From assembly GCA_964519095.1 (NCBI GenBank), contig CAZFHV010000003.1, forward strand, positions 1 through 38,953: a DNA stretch of 38,953 bases. The letters are read 5' to 3'. The notes under the pieces are model-generated. The model was not told the origin of the DNA and made no database searches. It worked only from the letters and a program-made list of their open reading frames with translations. This stretch comes from an uncultured Chromatiaceae bacterium. Lineage in GTDB: Bacteria; Pseudomonadota; Gammaproteobacteria; Chromatiales; Chromatiaceae. Shown in pieces: positions 9,333 to 19,395 of the stretch; within the stretch, counting starts at the first letter, position 1; every line of letters starts with the position of its first letter. Position numbers and translations under genes: made by a program.

Positions 9333-9892
9333 GGCTCGAGCTGAGCGACCTGCCGAACGCCATCAGCTTCGGCCGGATCCTGCTCACCATCCCGGTGGTG
9401 TTCCTGCTCCTGGAGCGGGAGTTCGGCCTCGCCCTGCTGCTGTTCGCGGTAGCGGGGGCCTCCGATGCCCTCGACGGCCACCTGGCCAAGCGCTATGGCT
9501 GGCAGAGCAGTCTGGGCGGCATCCTCGATCCCCTGGCCGACAAGGCCCTGCTGATGAGCGCCTTCCTGGTGCTGGGGGCCATCGGGCTGATCCCGGTATG
9601 GCTGGTGGTGGCGGCGGTGTTCCGGGACCTGCTGATCGTCGGGGGTGCCCTGGTGTATCACTTCCAGGTGGAGGACCTGGAAGCGGCCCCCACCTGGACC
9701 AGCAAGGTCAACACCCTGCTCCAGATCCTGCTCCTGATAGGGGTGATGGCCAACGCCGGACCCCTGCCCCTGCCGAGAGGGCTCCTGGCGGGGCTGGTGT
9801 GGCTCACCCTGGGCACCACGGTCCTCAGCGGGAGCCAGTACGTCTGGGTGTGGAGCCGCAAGGCCCTGGCCCAGGGCTGGCGCCGGGACTGA
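9329..9892 (+). CDS. CDP-alcohol phosphatidyltransferase family protein (PgsA-like)
   Basis: D-G-x2-A-R...G...D-x3-D signature (SDALDGHLAKRYGWQSSLGGILDPLADK) and multiple TM helices. The GTG start overlaps the upstream stop (GTGA). Confidence 0.85.
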   Translation: MRLELSDLPNAISFGRILLTIPVVFLLLEREFGLALLLFAVAGASDALDGHLAKRYGWQSSLGGILDPLADKALLMSAFLVLGAIGLIPVWLVVAAVFRDLLIVGGALVYHFQVEDLEAAPTWTSKVNTLLQILLLIGVMANAGPLPLPRGLLAGLVWLTLGTTVLSGSQYVWVWSRKALAQGWRRD

Positions 9893-9907
9893 AAGGGGGC
9901 CCGCGAC

Positions 9908-10636
9908 TCAGTCCGGGACCGACTCACCCCCGCTAGCACCCCCCGCCTCCCGGAGCAGGTCGCGGACCAGGGCGATGGAGGGACGTTGCTGGCGCTCCAG
10001 GGCGAGGCGACCCAGGGCCTGCACCCTGCCCACCAGATGGCACGGGTCCCGCCGACAGCGGTGCAAGATGTAGCGCGCCGTCCCCTCCGTGAGCAGCATG
10101 CCCAGGCGGCGGCCGGCGGCCATCAGCAGCTCCAGACTCTCCTCGTCGTCCAGGGGATGGAGCCCATAGCCCGGTCCCCAGGCCAGGCGTGAGCGCAGAT
10201 CGGCCAAACCGATCGGCAGGGCGGCCAGGGGCCGGTCGGCGCTGACGACCAGGGCGCGATCCGCCGCCCGCAGCCGGTTGTAGAGGTGGAACAGGGCCTC
10301 CTCCCAGGTCGGCTCCCCCGCCACCGCCTGGAGATCGTCCAGACAGACCAGGTCCAGGACCTCGAGGCCCTCCACCACCCGGTCGGGGCCCTCCAGCCCC
10401 GCCGTCCCCAGGGGTAGGTAGGCCGCCCGCCGCCCCAGCCCATGGGCCAGATGGGCGGTGGCCTCCAGCAGGTGGGTCTTGCCGGTGCCCGAACGGCCCC
10501 AGAAGAAGAGGTAGGGCTCACCGGAGCCGGCGGCCAGTCCCTGGAGCAGGCTGACCAGTTCCGCGTTGCGGCCTGGATGGAAGTCCTCGAAGCTCACCCC
10601 TGGGGGGGGCTGGAGGTCGAGCGCCAGCTGCTGCAT
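9908..10636 (-). CDS. hda: DnaA regulatory inactivator Hda
   Basis: 242 aa. N-terminal QLALDL clamp-binding-like motif, AAA+ P-loop GRSGTGKTHLL, Walker B LVCLDDLQ, DnaA-domain-III-like remainder. Confidence 0.9.
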   Translation of the reverse strand: MQQLALDLQPPPGVSFEDFHPGRNAELVSLLQGLAAGSGEPYLFFWGRSGTGKTHLLEATAHLAHGLGRRAAYLPLGTAGLEGPDRVVEGLEVLDLVCLDDLQAVAGEPTWEEALFHLYNRLRAADRALVVSADRPLAALPIGLADLRSRLAWGPGYGLHPLDDEESLELLMAAGRRLGMLLTEGTARYILHRCRRDPCHLVGRVQALGRLALERQQRPSIALVRDLLREAGGASGGESVPD

Positions 10637-10674
10637 GGCTCGCCCGGCGGTTCGGGGGGCTGCCGCGGGCCCCC

Positions 10675-11629
<955 letters not shown>

Positions 11630-11721
11630 GGGGAGGCTCCGCGGCGGGCAATCGGCTGGATGGCGGATTCTATCCTCCCCGGCGCAGCCCAACCACCCGC
11701 GCTGGCAGCCGGCGCTGGCGG

Positions 11722-12927
11722 CTAAGGGTAACGGAGATAGGCCCGCCGCTCCTCCGCCCAGGCCTCTTCGTCGCGCCGAAGCCGGGCCTCGAGGTCGGCA
11801 GGGGTGGCAGAGCCCTCATCCACCCAATCGCGCAGAAAGGTCCCGCCGCTCAGCAGATCGATGGCCAGCCGCTCGGTTTCGTACTCGTAGGGGAAGTGGC
11901 GCCAGATTGGGTAGTCGGGATACTCCAAGCGAATCGCCTTGAGGATCAGGCAGGCGAGGCGGTAGGGGCGGAAGTGCTCGTGGCGGTACTGATGTCCATC
12001 GGTGTGGATCTGCAGCCCCGAGCAGAGCCGGCCGGCGTGCTTGTGGAAGGTGGGCTCGAACCAGCAGGGGCGCAGGTAGGCCGCCTCCAGCCACTGGGGC
12101 TGCAACGCCTCCATGCGACGGAGCAGGCGCTGGAAGTCCAGGTCCGGGGCACCCACCAGCTCCAGGGCACTGGTGGTGCCGCGCCCCTCCGATAGGGTCG
12201 TACCCTCGAACAGCACGGTTCCGGGGAAGCAGCGGGCCATGTTGAGGCTGGAGGCATTGGGACTGGGGTTGACCCAGGGCAGCTCCCCCAGGGGCCAGCC
12301 GTAGCCGGGGCCCTGGTCGGGCCGGTAGTCGCACAGGGGGACCAGGTTCAGCTCCAGCCGGCGGCCCTGTTGGTCGGCCAGCCACTGGGCCAGCTCCCCC
12401 AGGGTAAGGCCGTGGCGCATCATCAGGGGGGCGGCACCGACGAAGCTCTCCCAGCCGGGCTCGAGCAGGGTCCCCTCGATGGGGCGCCCCGCCGGGTTGG
12501 GCCGGTCGAGGACCCACAACGCCTTGCCCGCGCCGGCACAGGCCTCCAGCAGGTAGGCCAGGGTGGTCACGTAGGTGTAGATGCGGGTGCCGATGTCCTG
12601 GAGGTCCACCAGCAGGCAGTCGAAGCCCTCCAGCATGGCGGAAGTAGGCCGGCGGACCTCCCCATAGAGGCTGAACACGGGGATGCCATGACGGGGATCG
12701 AGCTCGTCGGCAGTCTCGACCATGTTGTCCTGCTTGTCGCCGCGCATCCCGTGCTGGGGGCCGAAGGCGGCCACCAGCCGGAGGTCGGGGCAGGCCATGA
12801 GGGCATCGAGGCTGTGCAGCCCCCCCCGGGTGAGGGAGGCCGGATGGCCGAGCAGCGCCAGGCGCCTGCCCCGCAGGGGCTCGCGTAGGGCGGGCTCCTC
12901 GAGGAGGCGATCGATGCCGAGCTTCAC
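11722..12927 (-). CDS. namZ: DUF1343 family protein (NamZ-like exo-beta-N-acetylmuramidase)
   Basis: 401 aa. LGIDRLLEE...RRLALLGHPAS, FGPQHGMRGD, IPVFSLYG, LLVDLQDIGTRIYTY, LDRPNP motifs typical of DUF1343. GTG start. Confidence 0.8.
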   Translation of the reverse strand: MKLGIDRLLEEPALREPLRGRRLALLGHPASLTRGGLHSLDALMACPDLRLVAAFGPQHGMRGDKQDNMVETADELDPRHGIPVFSLYGEVRRPTSAMLEGFDCLLVDLQDIGTRIYTYVTTLAYLLEACAGAGKALWVLDRPNPAGRPIEGTLLEPGWESFVGAAPLMMRHGLTLGELAQWLADQQGRRLELNLVPLCDYRPDQGPGYGWPLGELPWVNPSPNASSLNMARCFPGTVLFEGTTLSEGRGTTSALELVGAPDLDFQRLLRRMEALQPQWLEAAYLRPCWFEPTFHKHAGRLCSGLQIHTDGHQYRHEHFRPYRLACLILKAIRLEYPDYPIWRHFPYEYETERLAIDLLSGGTFLRDWVDEGSATPADLEARLRRDEEAWAEERRAYLRYP

Positions 12928-12996
12928 GAATCCCGCCGGCGGGCGCTCATCCCCCGGAAGGTCCGTTGGCCGCGGCGCCTCCCGGGTGCCCGAGCG

Positions 12997-13077
12997 CTAC
13001 TGCTCGAAGTACTTGATGACGAAGCTGATGAAGGTCCACATCAGCGCCACCGCACCGAGGGCATAGACCGCAATCAT
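12997..13077 (-). CDS. Possible 26-aa single-TM peptide downstream of cytochrome c4
   Basis: MIAVYALGAVALMWTFISFVIKYFEQ*. 22 of 25 sense codons after the ATG end in G/C, so it is genome-like despite its hydrophobic composition. Same strand as the c4 gene and 92 nt downstream of it. There is no clear SD; a GTG two codons upstream is an alternative start. Confidence 0.35.
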   Translation of the reverse strand: MIAVYALGAVALMWTFISFVIKYFEQ

Positions 13078-13169
13078 CAGCACATGGTTGACGTCGCGAC
13101 TGTTGCGATCCTTTCTTCCGTCCAATTGCAGTTCCTCAAAGGGTTGGTCCGCGCCGAGCGAGGAAGGGC

Positions 13170-13919
13170 TCAGGGCCCCAGCTCTTCCTGCGAGGGGGAC
13201 TTCTCCCGCACGAAATGGGGAAAGTCGGGGCTCTTCCAGCCCGCCGGGGCCAACCGCTCCTGGGGGGGGCGGATGCGCGAGACGTAGTCCATCACTGCCC
13301 GGAGGTCCCGATAGGTGAAGCCCTGGATCTGTTTGACCATCTCCTCGTCCGCGTTGCGCCGCTTGCCGTCGCGGATCCACTCGAACTGCCGCACCAGATA
13401 GGCGTAGTGCTGCCCCTGGATTTGGGGCATGTGTTTCCTGGCGATGCCCTCCCCGCGGGGGCCGTGGCAGTCGACGCAGTTGTCGCGGTATAGCCGCTCA
13501 CCCAGTGCCAGGTCGGTGCCGGGCCCCACACCGTTGTCGGGCGTCATGGGCATCCGCTCGATATAGGCCGCCACATCCGCCATGTCCTGCAGGCTCAGGT
13601 GCTCGAGCATGGTGAAGGGCAGCATGGTGGGGGTATCCCGGTTGCGTGCCCGAATGTCCGCCAACTCCTTGATCACCACCGAGGCGTGCTGCCCCGCCAC
13701 CTGGGGGTACTCCCCACTCGCCAGGCCCCAGCCCTCGGGCTGATGACAGACGGCGCAAAGCAGGTAGACCTCACGGCCCCGATCCGGGTCCGCCTTGAGG
13801 TCCAGGGCCCGCTCCACCTCGCGGGCGGCCGGGTCGTTCTTGGCATCTGCGTATCCCGCCACCGCACCCAGGGGAAAGGCCAGAGTCAACCCGATTGCCA
13901 GTCGCAGCAACCCCTTCAT
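13170..13919 (-). CDS. Dihaem cytochrome c (c4-like), exported
   Basis: Signal peptide MKGLLRLAIGLTLAFPLGAVAG. Two CxxCH haem sites (CAVCH, CVDCH), each followed by a distal Met region. Strong SD GAAGGAGGA upstream. Confidence 0.9.
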   Translation of the reverse strand: MKGLLRLAIGLTLAFPLGAVAGYADAKNDPAAREVERALDLKADPDRGREVYLLCAVCHQPEGWGLASGEYPQVAGQHASVVIKELADIRARNRDTPTMLPFTMLEHLSLQDMADVAAYIERMPMTPDNGVGPGTDLALGERLYRDNCVDCHGPRGEGIARKHMPQIQGQHYAYLVRQFEWIRDGKRRNADEEMVKQIQGFTYRDLRAVMDYVSRIRPPQERLAPAGWKSPDFPHFVREKSPSQEELGP

Positions 13920-14093
13920 ACGCGTCCTCCTTCGGTCGATCGGCGCGGTTTTCCCGCGCCTGTTATGGGGAATTGGGGTCGCCCACCGCGACCGCCGCCC
14001 TCCCTCTCCCCCATCTCAGGTGGGGGTTACGAACTCTTGACTGTACCCGATCCCACGCCGGTTGTAAGCCCCCGCATCGAGGACGACGCGCGC

Positions 14094-15560
14094 CTACACC
14101 AGGGCCTCGGTGCGGATTCGTGCCGGATCCAGCCCGAGATCTACCAGGGCATCCCCGATCTCCGCCACCGCCGCCTCGGGCCCCGCCACATAGACCCGCA
14201 TCCCGCGGGGCCCCGGGCCGGCCTGGCGGAGCTGCTCGATCAGTACGTCCACCCCCGACCCGTTGAGGGGCTGGTAGCGGAAGTTGTCGAGGGCGTCGCG
14301 CAGCGACCGGCACCAGCGATCCAGGTAGTGTCCCTCGCCCGGGGGCATCAGCCAGTAGAGGTGGAAGTCCTCGATGGTGTCGATGGAGATGGCGTGCTCT
14401 ATGAGGCTCTTGATGGGGGCAATCCCGTCCCCCACCGCGACGAACAGGGCGGGATCGGGCTGGTCATCGTCGAGCACGAGCTCACCGAAGGGCCCGCTCA
14501 GGGTGAGCACGCTGTGGGGCCTCAGCCCCCCGAACACCCGGTTGGCGAAGGCGGAGTCCGGGTTGCGCCGCACGTAGAAGTACAGGTTCCGGCCATCGCA
14601 GGGACAACTGGCGATGTGCAGCTCGGCCGCACCCCCCGATTCCAGAGCCAGCCGCGCCCGCTGCCCCGCCATGAAGCGCAGGGTCTGGGTACGGGGCGTC
14701 TGCACCTGCAGCACCCGCATCTCGCTGCCGAGGGCCTCGATCTTGCGCACGCTGGCGCGGATCTCCTGGGCGGGCAGATCCTTCACCGACAGGGCCTCGG
14801 CCGCCTCCAGCATCACATCCGTCACCGCGGTGTTCGAGCAGGTGAGGATATAGCCCATGCGCCGCTCGGACTCGCTCAGCACGTAGTCGTGGTCGCGCAT
14901 CTTCCAGACCTTACCGCTCAGCAGCCGCGCCTTGCAGGACCCGCAGTTGCCGCTGGAGCAGCCGTAGCTGAGGTGTCGACCCGCCCGCACCGAGGCATCG
15001 AGGATCGACTCGGAGCCCTCCACGAAGAACTCGTGCCCACTGGGGATTACCGTGACATTGGCGGCCATGATGCGCAGGAAGGTGTCTTTGGCGAACAGCC
15101 GGGCTTCGGGATCGGGTCGCTCGGCCACTTGGGCGCGAGACTCTCCCAGCCGCTGGACCGCTCCCGCGACGGCTCCCCGTAGCGCCTGGGAGTCCCCCGC
15201 GAGGGCCTGGGTGAGCTCGGACGCGACCTCTTCCAGCAGCGCCTCCAGGGCATGGAGGGCGGAGGTGTTCTTAAGCAGCACGGCGCTCAGCTCGTGGAGG
15301 CGGGCCACCAGCACCCCCGGCTCCGGAAGGGTGGTGTCCGTGAGCTGGAGCCTCGGGACCGCCGTCTCCTTGATCAGGGTCACCCGCTCGAGGATGGCGC
15401 TGCGCTCCAGGTTGATCTCCGGGTAGAGACGCAGCAGGTCGCTGACCTCGATCTTGCCCTCGAAGGTGGTGAGATCGCCGCGGCGGATGCGGCCCTGCAG
15501 CTCGGCACGGGTCACGTCCGCGAGCCGTGCCGCGCGCGATAGGCTCAGGAGATGGGGCAT
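14094..15560 (-). CDS. Fusion oxidoreductase: N-terminal HTH-like/coiled region + plant-type 2Fe-2S ferredoxin + FAD/NAD(P)-binding (FNR-like) domains
   Basis: 488 aa. 2Fe-2S motif CSSGNCGSCKARL...CS. FNR-like RFMAGQRARL, GPFGEL, FVAVGDGIAPIKS. The first ~165 aa (LSLSRAARLADVTRAELQGRIRRGDL...) resemble an excisionase/MerR-type HTH. SD GGAG lies 6 nt upstream. Confidence 0.8.
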   Translation of the reverse strand: MPHLLSLSRAARLADVTRAELQGRIRRGDLTTFEGKIEVSDLLRLYPEINLERSAILERVTLIKETAVPRLQLTDTTLPEPGVLVARLHELSAVLLKNTSALHALEALLEEVASELTQALAGDSQALRGAVAGAVQRLGESRAQVAERPDPEARLFAKDTFLRIMAANVTVIPSGHEFFVEGSESILDASVRAGRHLSYGCSSGNCGSCKARLLSGKVWKMRDHDYVLSESERRMGYILTCSNTAVTDVMLEAAEALSVKDLPAQEIRASVRKIEALGSEMRVLQVQTPRTQTLRFMAGQRARLALESGGAAELHIASCPCDGRNLYFYVRRNPDSAFANRVFGGLRPHSVLTLSGPFGELVLDDDQPDPALFVAVGDGIAPIKSLIEHAISIDTIEDFHLYWLMPPGEGHYLDRWCRSLRDALDNFRYQPLNGSGVDVLIEQLRQAGPGPRGMRVYVAGPEAAVAEIGDALVDLGLDPARIRTEALV

Positions 15561-15648
15561 CTTCGGCTCCGACCGCCAGGGTAGCCGTTAATCTTGGCCC
15601 AAAGCAGCCGGCAGCGGAAGGGCGGGGGGAACAACCGGGCCCCTCGGG

Positions 15649-16548
15649 TCAGAGACCCGCAAGAGCCCCGTAGACCTCCGGCAACTGCCCGTAGTCGTGG
15701 GGATAGGGCAGCCGATAACAGGGGACCGCCCCCACCAGGGCCGCCACCAGTTCCAGATGGGCCCGGTGCAGGGGCGGGTCGAACAGGCGCACCGCCACCG
15801 TCTGCTCAGCGGTGGCTTTGAGCGCCGTCGCCCTGGGAAGCGGCTGCAAAGCCACCGCCGCACCTGGGCCGCATGGGGCCAGCATCACCAGGGCCGCAAC
15901 GGGGACGCCGTCGGCCGCAGCGGGTGGATACTGCTCGGCGGCGAGCTTCAGTTGGGGGAAATGGGGTCGCGCCCAGGGGACGCCCTCGACCAAACTGCAG
16001 GGCAGGATGTCGTCGGCCACCCGCCGCAGACCCGACGCCAGGTGACAATGAGCCGCCAGGGTGGACTTGCCCTGGGCCGAGGCGCCGAGGGCGAGGATCA
16101 GCCCCCCCGCCCCCAGCAGGGCGCTGGCATGGAGGCACCAGACCCCCCGCAGCGCTAGGGCCAGGGTCAGGGGCGGGCCGAGCAGCACTTCCTCCAACAG
16201 AGCGGAGGGGATCCCCGACTCGACCTCGCCACAGGCGATGGCCTCCCCGGAGCGCGCCACCCAGAACCGCGCCACGCCGGGGATGAGGAGCTCGTACCCA
16301 GACTCTCCCGCCCGGCAGACCACCCGCCGGATCGCCCCCCCGAGCCAGCCCTCAGCGCTCCGGCCGGCCGCATCCGCCTCCAGCCCTATCTCAGGGAGCG
16401 GTGGCGCCAGGAATTCGGGGGCCTCCGAGGCAAAGGCCGAGACCAGCCCCAGCGGGACGTCGGAGACCAGGGTCTGACCCGCGAGCCGGTAGCCGAAGCG
16501 CCCCGTGGAGCCGTCGCCCCAGGCCCTTTTAGCGAGGAAGCGGATCAT
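15649..16548 (-). CDS. HprK-related P-loop kinase-like protein (orphan)
   Basis: 299 aa. LHASALLGAGGLILALGASAQGKSTLAAH followed by RRVADDILP matches the HPr kinase catalytic-domain pattern (G-x-S-G-x-GKS ... LVADD). The N-terminal 130 aa are uncharacterised. SD AGGA lies 5 nt upstream. Confidence 0.65.
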   Translation of the reverse strand: MIRFLAKRAWGDGSTGRFGYRLAGQTLVSDVPLGLVSAFASEAPEFLAPPLPEIGLEADAAGRSAEGWLGGAIRRVVCRAGESGYELLIPGVARFWVARSGEAIACGEVESGIPSALLEEVLLGPPLTLALALRGVWCLHASALLGAGGLILALGASAQGKSTLAAHCHLASGLRRVADDILPCSLVEGVPWARPHFPQLKLAAEQYPPAAADGVPVAALVMLAPCGPGAAVALQPLPRATALKATAEQTVAVRLFDPPLHRAHLELVAALVGAVPCYRLPYPHDYGQLPEVYGALAGL

Positions 16549-16644
16549 CCTATTTCCTGGGCGATTGGCGTGTGATCAGAGGACCTCGACATGGGGCTCC
16601 AACGACTCTCGGGCCTGGGGCCGCATCGGCCCTGGGCGCCGCCC

Positions 16645-17106
16645 CTAGCGGGTCTCGGGCTGGACGGCGTCGCCCGGACGGTCGAGCTGGAGCCCGGCGC
16701 TCGTGTAACGCCCAATGGGCGCCTTGGTCGCCCCGTCGAATAGCTGGAGGTGGTCGAGGGCGGGGTCCTCCACCAGGAAAAACGCGTAGATCATACCGAG
16801 GAACAGCTCCCGGTCCCGCTCGGGGGTGTCCTTGAACAGGGGACCGATGTACACCTCGGGCACCCTATCGGGCTGCAGCAACTGGGTCAGGAGCCCCTGC
16901 TGGGCCGCTGCCTTGACGACCTCCGCCCGCTGGCGCTGGGCCCGCTCGGAGCGGTCCAGGGGCTCCAGCACCGCCAGCTCCGGGACGGGCTTGACCGGTC
17001 GGGTCTGCTTCAGCATGGCGCCGAAGGCCAGGAACAGGCCCAGGATGAGGATCAGGGGATAGAGGAAACGGGTCCAGGCGGGCCCCCCGGGCTGGGTCGA
17101 GGTCAT
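16645..17106 (-). CDS. Hypothetical membrane-anchored protein
   Basis: 153 aa from ATG 17106. One N-terminal TM (FLYPLILILGLFLAFGAML) and a soluble C-terminal part. High GC3. No family recognised, and the start is uncertain (GTG at 17163 is possible). Confidence 0.5.
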   Translation of the reverse strand: MTSTQPGGPAWTRFLYPLILILGLFLAFGAMLKQTRPVKPVPELAVLEPLDRSERAQRQRAEVVKAAAQQGLLTQLLQPDRVPEVYIGPLFKDTPERDRELFLGMIYAFFLVEDPALDHLQLFDGATKAPIGRYTSAGLQLDRPGDAVQPETR

Positions 17107-17296
17107 GGGTGCTGGGTCTCTGCGACAGGGGCCAGGGATTCTGCGCAATTCCCCGGCGGCCACGCAAGGAGCACCGGATCCCCGGCGCCGCGGTCCACCG
17201 CTGACAAAGCACTCCAGGAACCTGTCGGTCGGATCCGGAGGGGAGCCGAGGCCAAAGGTGCTATCCTCCGGGCATCCTTGTCACGGAGACCCGCGT

Positions 17297-17971
17297 ATGA
17301 CGGCCACCCAGGCTACAGCAACGGGCGCGCCCCAGGGGCGGCGGCCCTATACCTTGGGGGAGGAGGTCGCCAACGGCGTCACCCACGGGGTGGGGATCGG
17401 GCTGGCCATCGCCGCCCTGGTCCTGCTGGTCGCCTTCGCCTTGCTGGATGGTAACGGCTACAAGCTCGGCTCCGCCATCCTCTATGGTGTGGCGCTGGTC
17501 CTTCTCTACACCGCCTCCACCCTCTACCACAGCCTGCCCCAGCCCGGGGTCAAGCATGTCTTCAAGATCCTCGACCACTGCGGCATCTATCTGCTGATCG
17601 CCGGCACCTATACGCCCTTCTGCCTGGTCACCCTACGAGGGGCCAATGGCTGGTGGCTCTTCGGCACGGTCTGGACCATAGCCCTGGTGGGGATCGCCCT
17701 GGAGGCCTTCTGGGTCTACCGGCCCCGCTGGATCTCGGCCCTGCTGTTTCTCGGGATGGGGTGGCTGGCGGTCACCTCCATCGGACCCCTCGCCGAGAAC
17801 CTCGCCCCCGGGGGTCTGTGGCTGCTGGTCGCGGGCGGACTCGCCTACAGCATCGGCACCCTGTTCTACATCCTGGAGCGGATCCGCTACATGCATGCCG
17901 TCTGGCACCTCTGGGTGCTGGCGGGCAGCCTGCTGCACTTCCTCGCGGTGCTGCTCTACGTGATTCGGTGA
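17297..17971 (+). CDS. Hemolysin III / PAQR family membrane protein (TrhA-like)
   Basis: EEVANGVTHGVG N-terminal motif, seven hydrophobic helices, YTASTLYH, DHCGIYLLIAGTYTPF, HAVWHLWVLAGSLLHF motifs. Confidence 0.9.
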   Translation: MTATQATATGAPQGRRPYTLGEEVANGVTHGVGIGLAIAALVLLVAFALLDGNGYKLGSAILYGVALVLLYTASTLYHSLPQPGVKHVFKILDHCGIYLLIAGTYTPFCLVTLRGANGWWLFGTVWTIALVGIALEAFWVYRPRWISALLFLGMGWLAVTSIGPLAENLAPGGLWLLVAGGLAYSIGTLFYILERIRYMHAVWHLWVLAGSLLHFLAVLLYVIR

Positions 17972-18046
17972 GGGGCCTATTCGGCCTGCAGGTCTTTCGC
18001 CCCGGAGAGCGCAGACGCCGCCGCACCAGGCACCCAACGACCCCCC

Positions 18047-18118
18047 ATGCCCACCCTCTTCATCACCGGCGCCTCCTCCGGCATCGGCGCGCCGGCCGTC
18101 GGCAAGGGTCGTCCCTAG
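18047..18118 (+). pseudogene. Remnant of a short-chain dehydrogenase/reductase gene (first ~15 codons only)
   Basis: ATG at 18047 encodes MPTLFITGASSGIGAPAVGKGRP*. TGASSGIG is the SDR Rossmann TGxxxGIG motif. The frame stops after 23 aa, 8 nt before the convergent moeA stop. Confidence 0.55.
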
Positions 18119-18125
18119 TGTCCGG

Positions 18126-19370
18126 TCAGAGGATCCCCTCGAACGGCTGCACTTCCACCAGCTCCCCCGCGGCGACACTGCCCCGCTCTTCCGGCAGGCA
18201 GATGAAGCAGTTGGCGGCGGTCACCGAGCTCAGGACCCCCGAGCCCTGGGCGCCGGAGAGGCGCACTCGCCACTGCCCGTCCGCCTCGAACAGCAGGCCC
18301 CGGGCGAACTCCCGCCGGCCGGGGACCTTGCGGATGGGCCCCTCGCAGGGGACGGAGAACCTGGGGTGCACCGGCAGGGGGTCCAGCCCCTGGAGGCGGT
18401 AGAGGGCGTCCAGCACCACTTGGTAGAAGCTCACCAGTACCGCCACCGGATTGCCGGGCAGGCCGAACAGCCAGGCACCGCCCAGGCGCCCGAAGGCCAT
18501 GGGGCGCCCCGGCTTGATGTCGATGCGCCAGAAGCGGACCTCGCCGAGGCGGCCCATGATCTCGCGCACGTAGTCTGCCTCCCCCACCGACACCCCGCCG
18601 GTGGTGAGGATGGCGTCCGCCTGGGTGACTGCCTCGGTGAAGGCCCGCTCCAGGGCCGGGGGGTCGTCCGGCACCACGCCCAGGTCGAGGAGGTCCACCC
18701 CCAGGCGGGTCAGGGCCCCGTAGAGGCTGTAGCGGTTGCTGTCGTAGACCTCGCCGGGGCCCAGGGGCCGACCGATGGAGACCAGCTCGTCCCCCGTGGA
18801 GAAGAAGGCGATCCGGGGCCGGCGCCGCACGGTCACCTCCGCCAGGCCCAGGGAGGCGAGGAGCCCCAGCTCCGCCGGGCCGAGCCGCCGCCCGCCCTGG
18901 AGGGCGGCGCGGCCCGCGGCCAGGTCCTCCCCGGCGCGGCGCACGTTCTGACCGGCCTTGTCCAGGGGGGGCACCACCAGCCGCTCTCCCTCCAGCCGGG
19001 CCACTTCCTGGATGACGACGCTGTCGGCACCCCGGGGCAGGACGGCCCCGGTCATCACCCGCACCGTCTGCCCGGGCCCCACCACCCCCGAGAAGCCACC
19101 CCCGGCGTAGGCCGTGCCCACCAGCTCCAGGCGGTTCTCCGCGGCGCCGAGGTCCGCCGCCCGCACGGCGAACCCGTCCATGGCGGAGTTGTCGTGGGCC
19201 GGGACGTCGAAGGGGGCGATGACGTTTTCCACCAGCACCCGGCCGAGGGCCGCGCGGATGGGGACCCGCTCCCAGCCCGCCACCGGGGCCACCGCCTCCA
19301 ACAGGGCCCCACGGGCCTGGGCGACGCTCAGGGCGGGGGCCTTGCCGCCGCATTGGGGGTTCTCGCTCAT
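18126..19370 (-). CDS. moeA: Molybdopterin molybdenum/tungsten transferase MoeA
   Basis: 414 aa. LSVAQARGALLE, FDVPAHDNSAMDGFAV, VMTGAVLPRGADSVV, STGDELV, YDSNRY, TTGGVSVGEADY, PGNPVA motifs. Confidence 0.93.
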   Translation of the reverse strand: MSENPQCGGKAPALSVAQARGALLEAVAPVAGWERVPIRAALGRVLVENVIAPFDVPAHDNSAMDGFAVRAADLGAAENRLELVGTAYAGGGFSGVVGPGQTVRVMTGAVLPRGADSVVIQEVARLEGERLVVPPLDKAGQNVRRAGEDLAAGRAALQGGRRLGPAELGLLASLGLAEVTVRRRPRIAFFSTGDELVSIGRPLGPGEVYDSNRYSLYGALTRLGVDLLDLGVVPDDPPALERAFTEAVTQADAILTTGGVSVGEADYVREIMGRLGEVRFWRIDIKPGRPMAFGRLGGAWLFGLPGNPVAVLVSFYQVVLDALYRLQGLDPLPVHPRFSVPCEGPIRKVPGRREFARGLLFEADGQWRVRLSGAQGSGVLSSVTAANCFICLPEERGSVAAGELVEVQPFEGIL

Positions 19371-19395
19371 GGGCCGATCTCCGATAGGGGTAGCG

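Noticed and set aside
12932-12943. 12-bp perfect palindrome CCCGCCGGCGGG just upstream of the namZ-like start
   Set aside because: Short GC-only palindromes are expected by chance at this base composition. It has no partner site or flanking signal.
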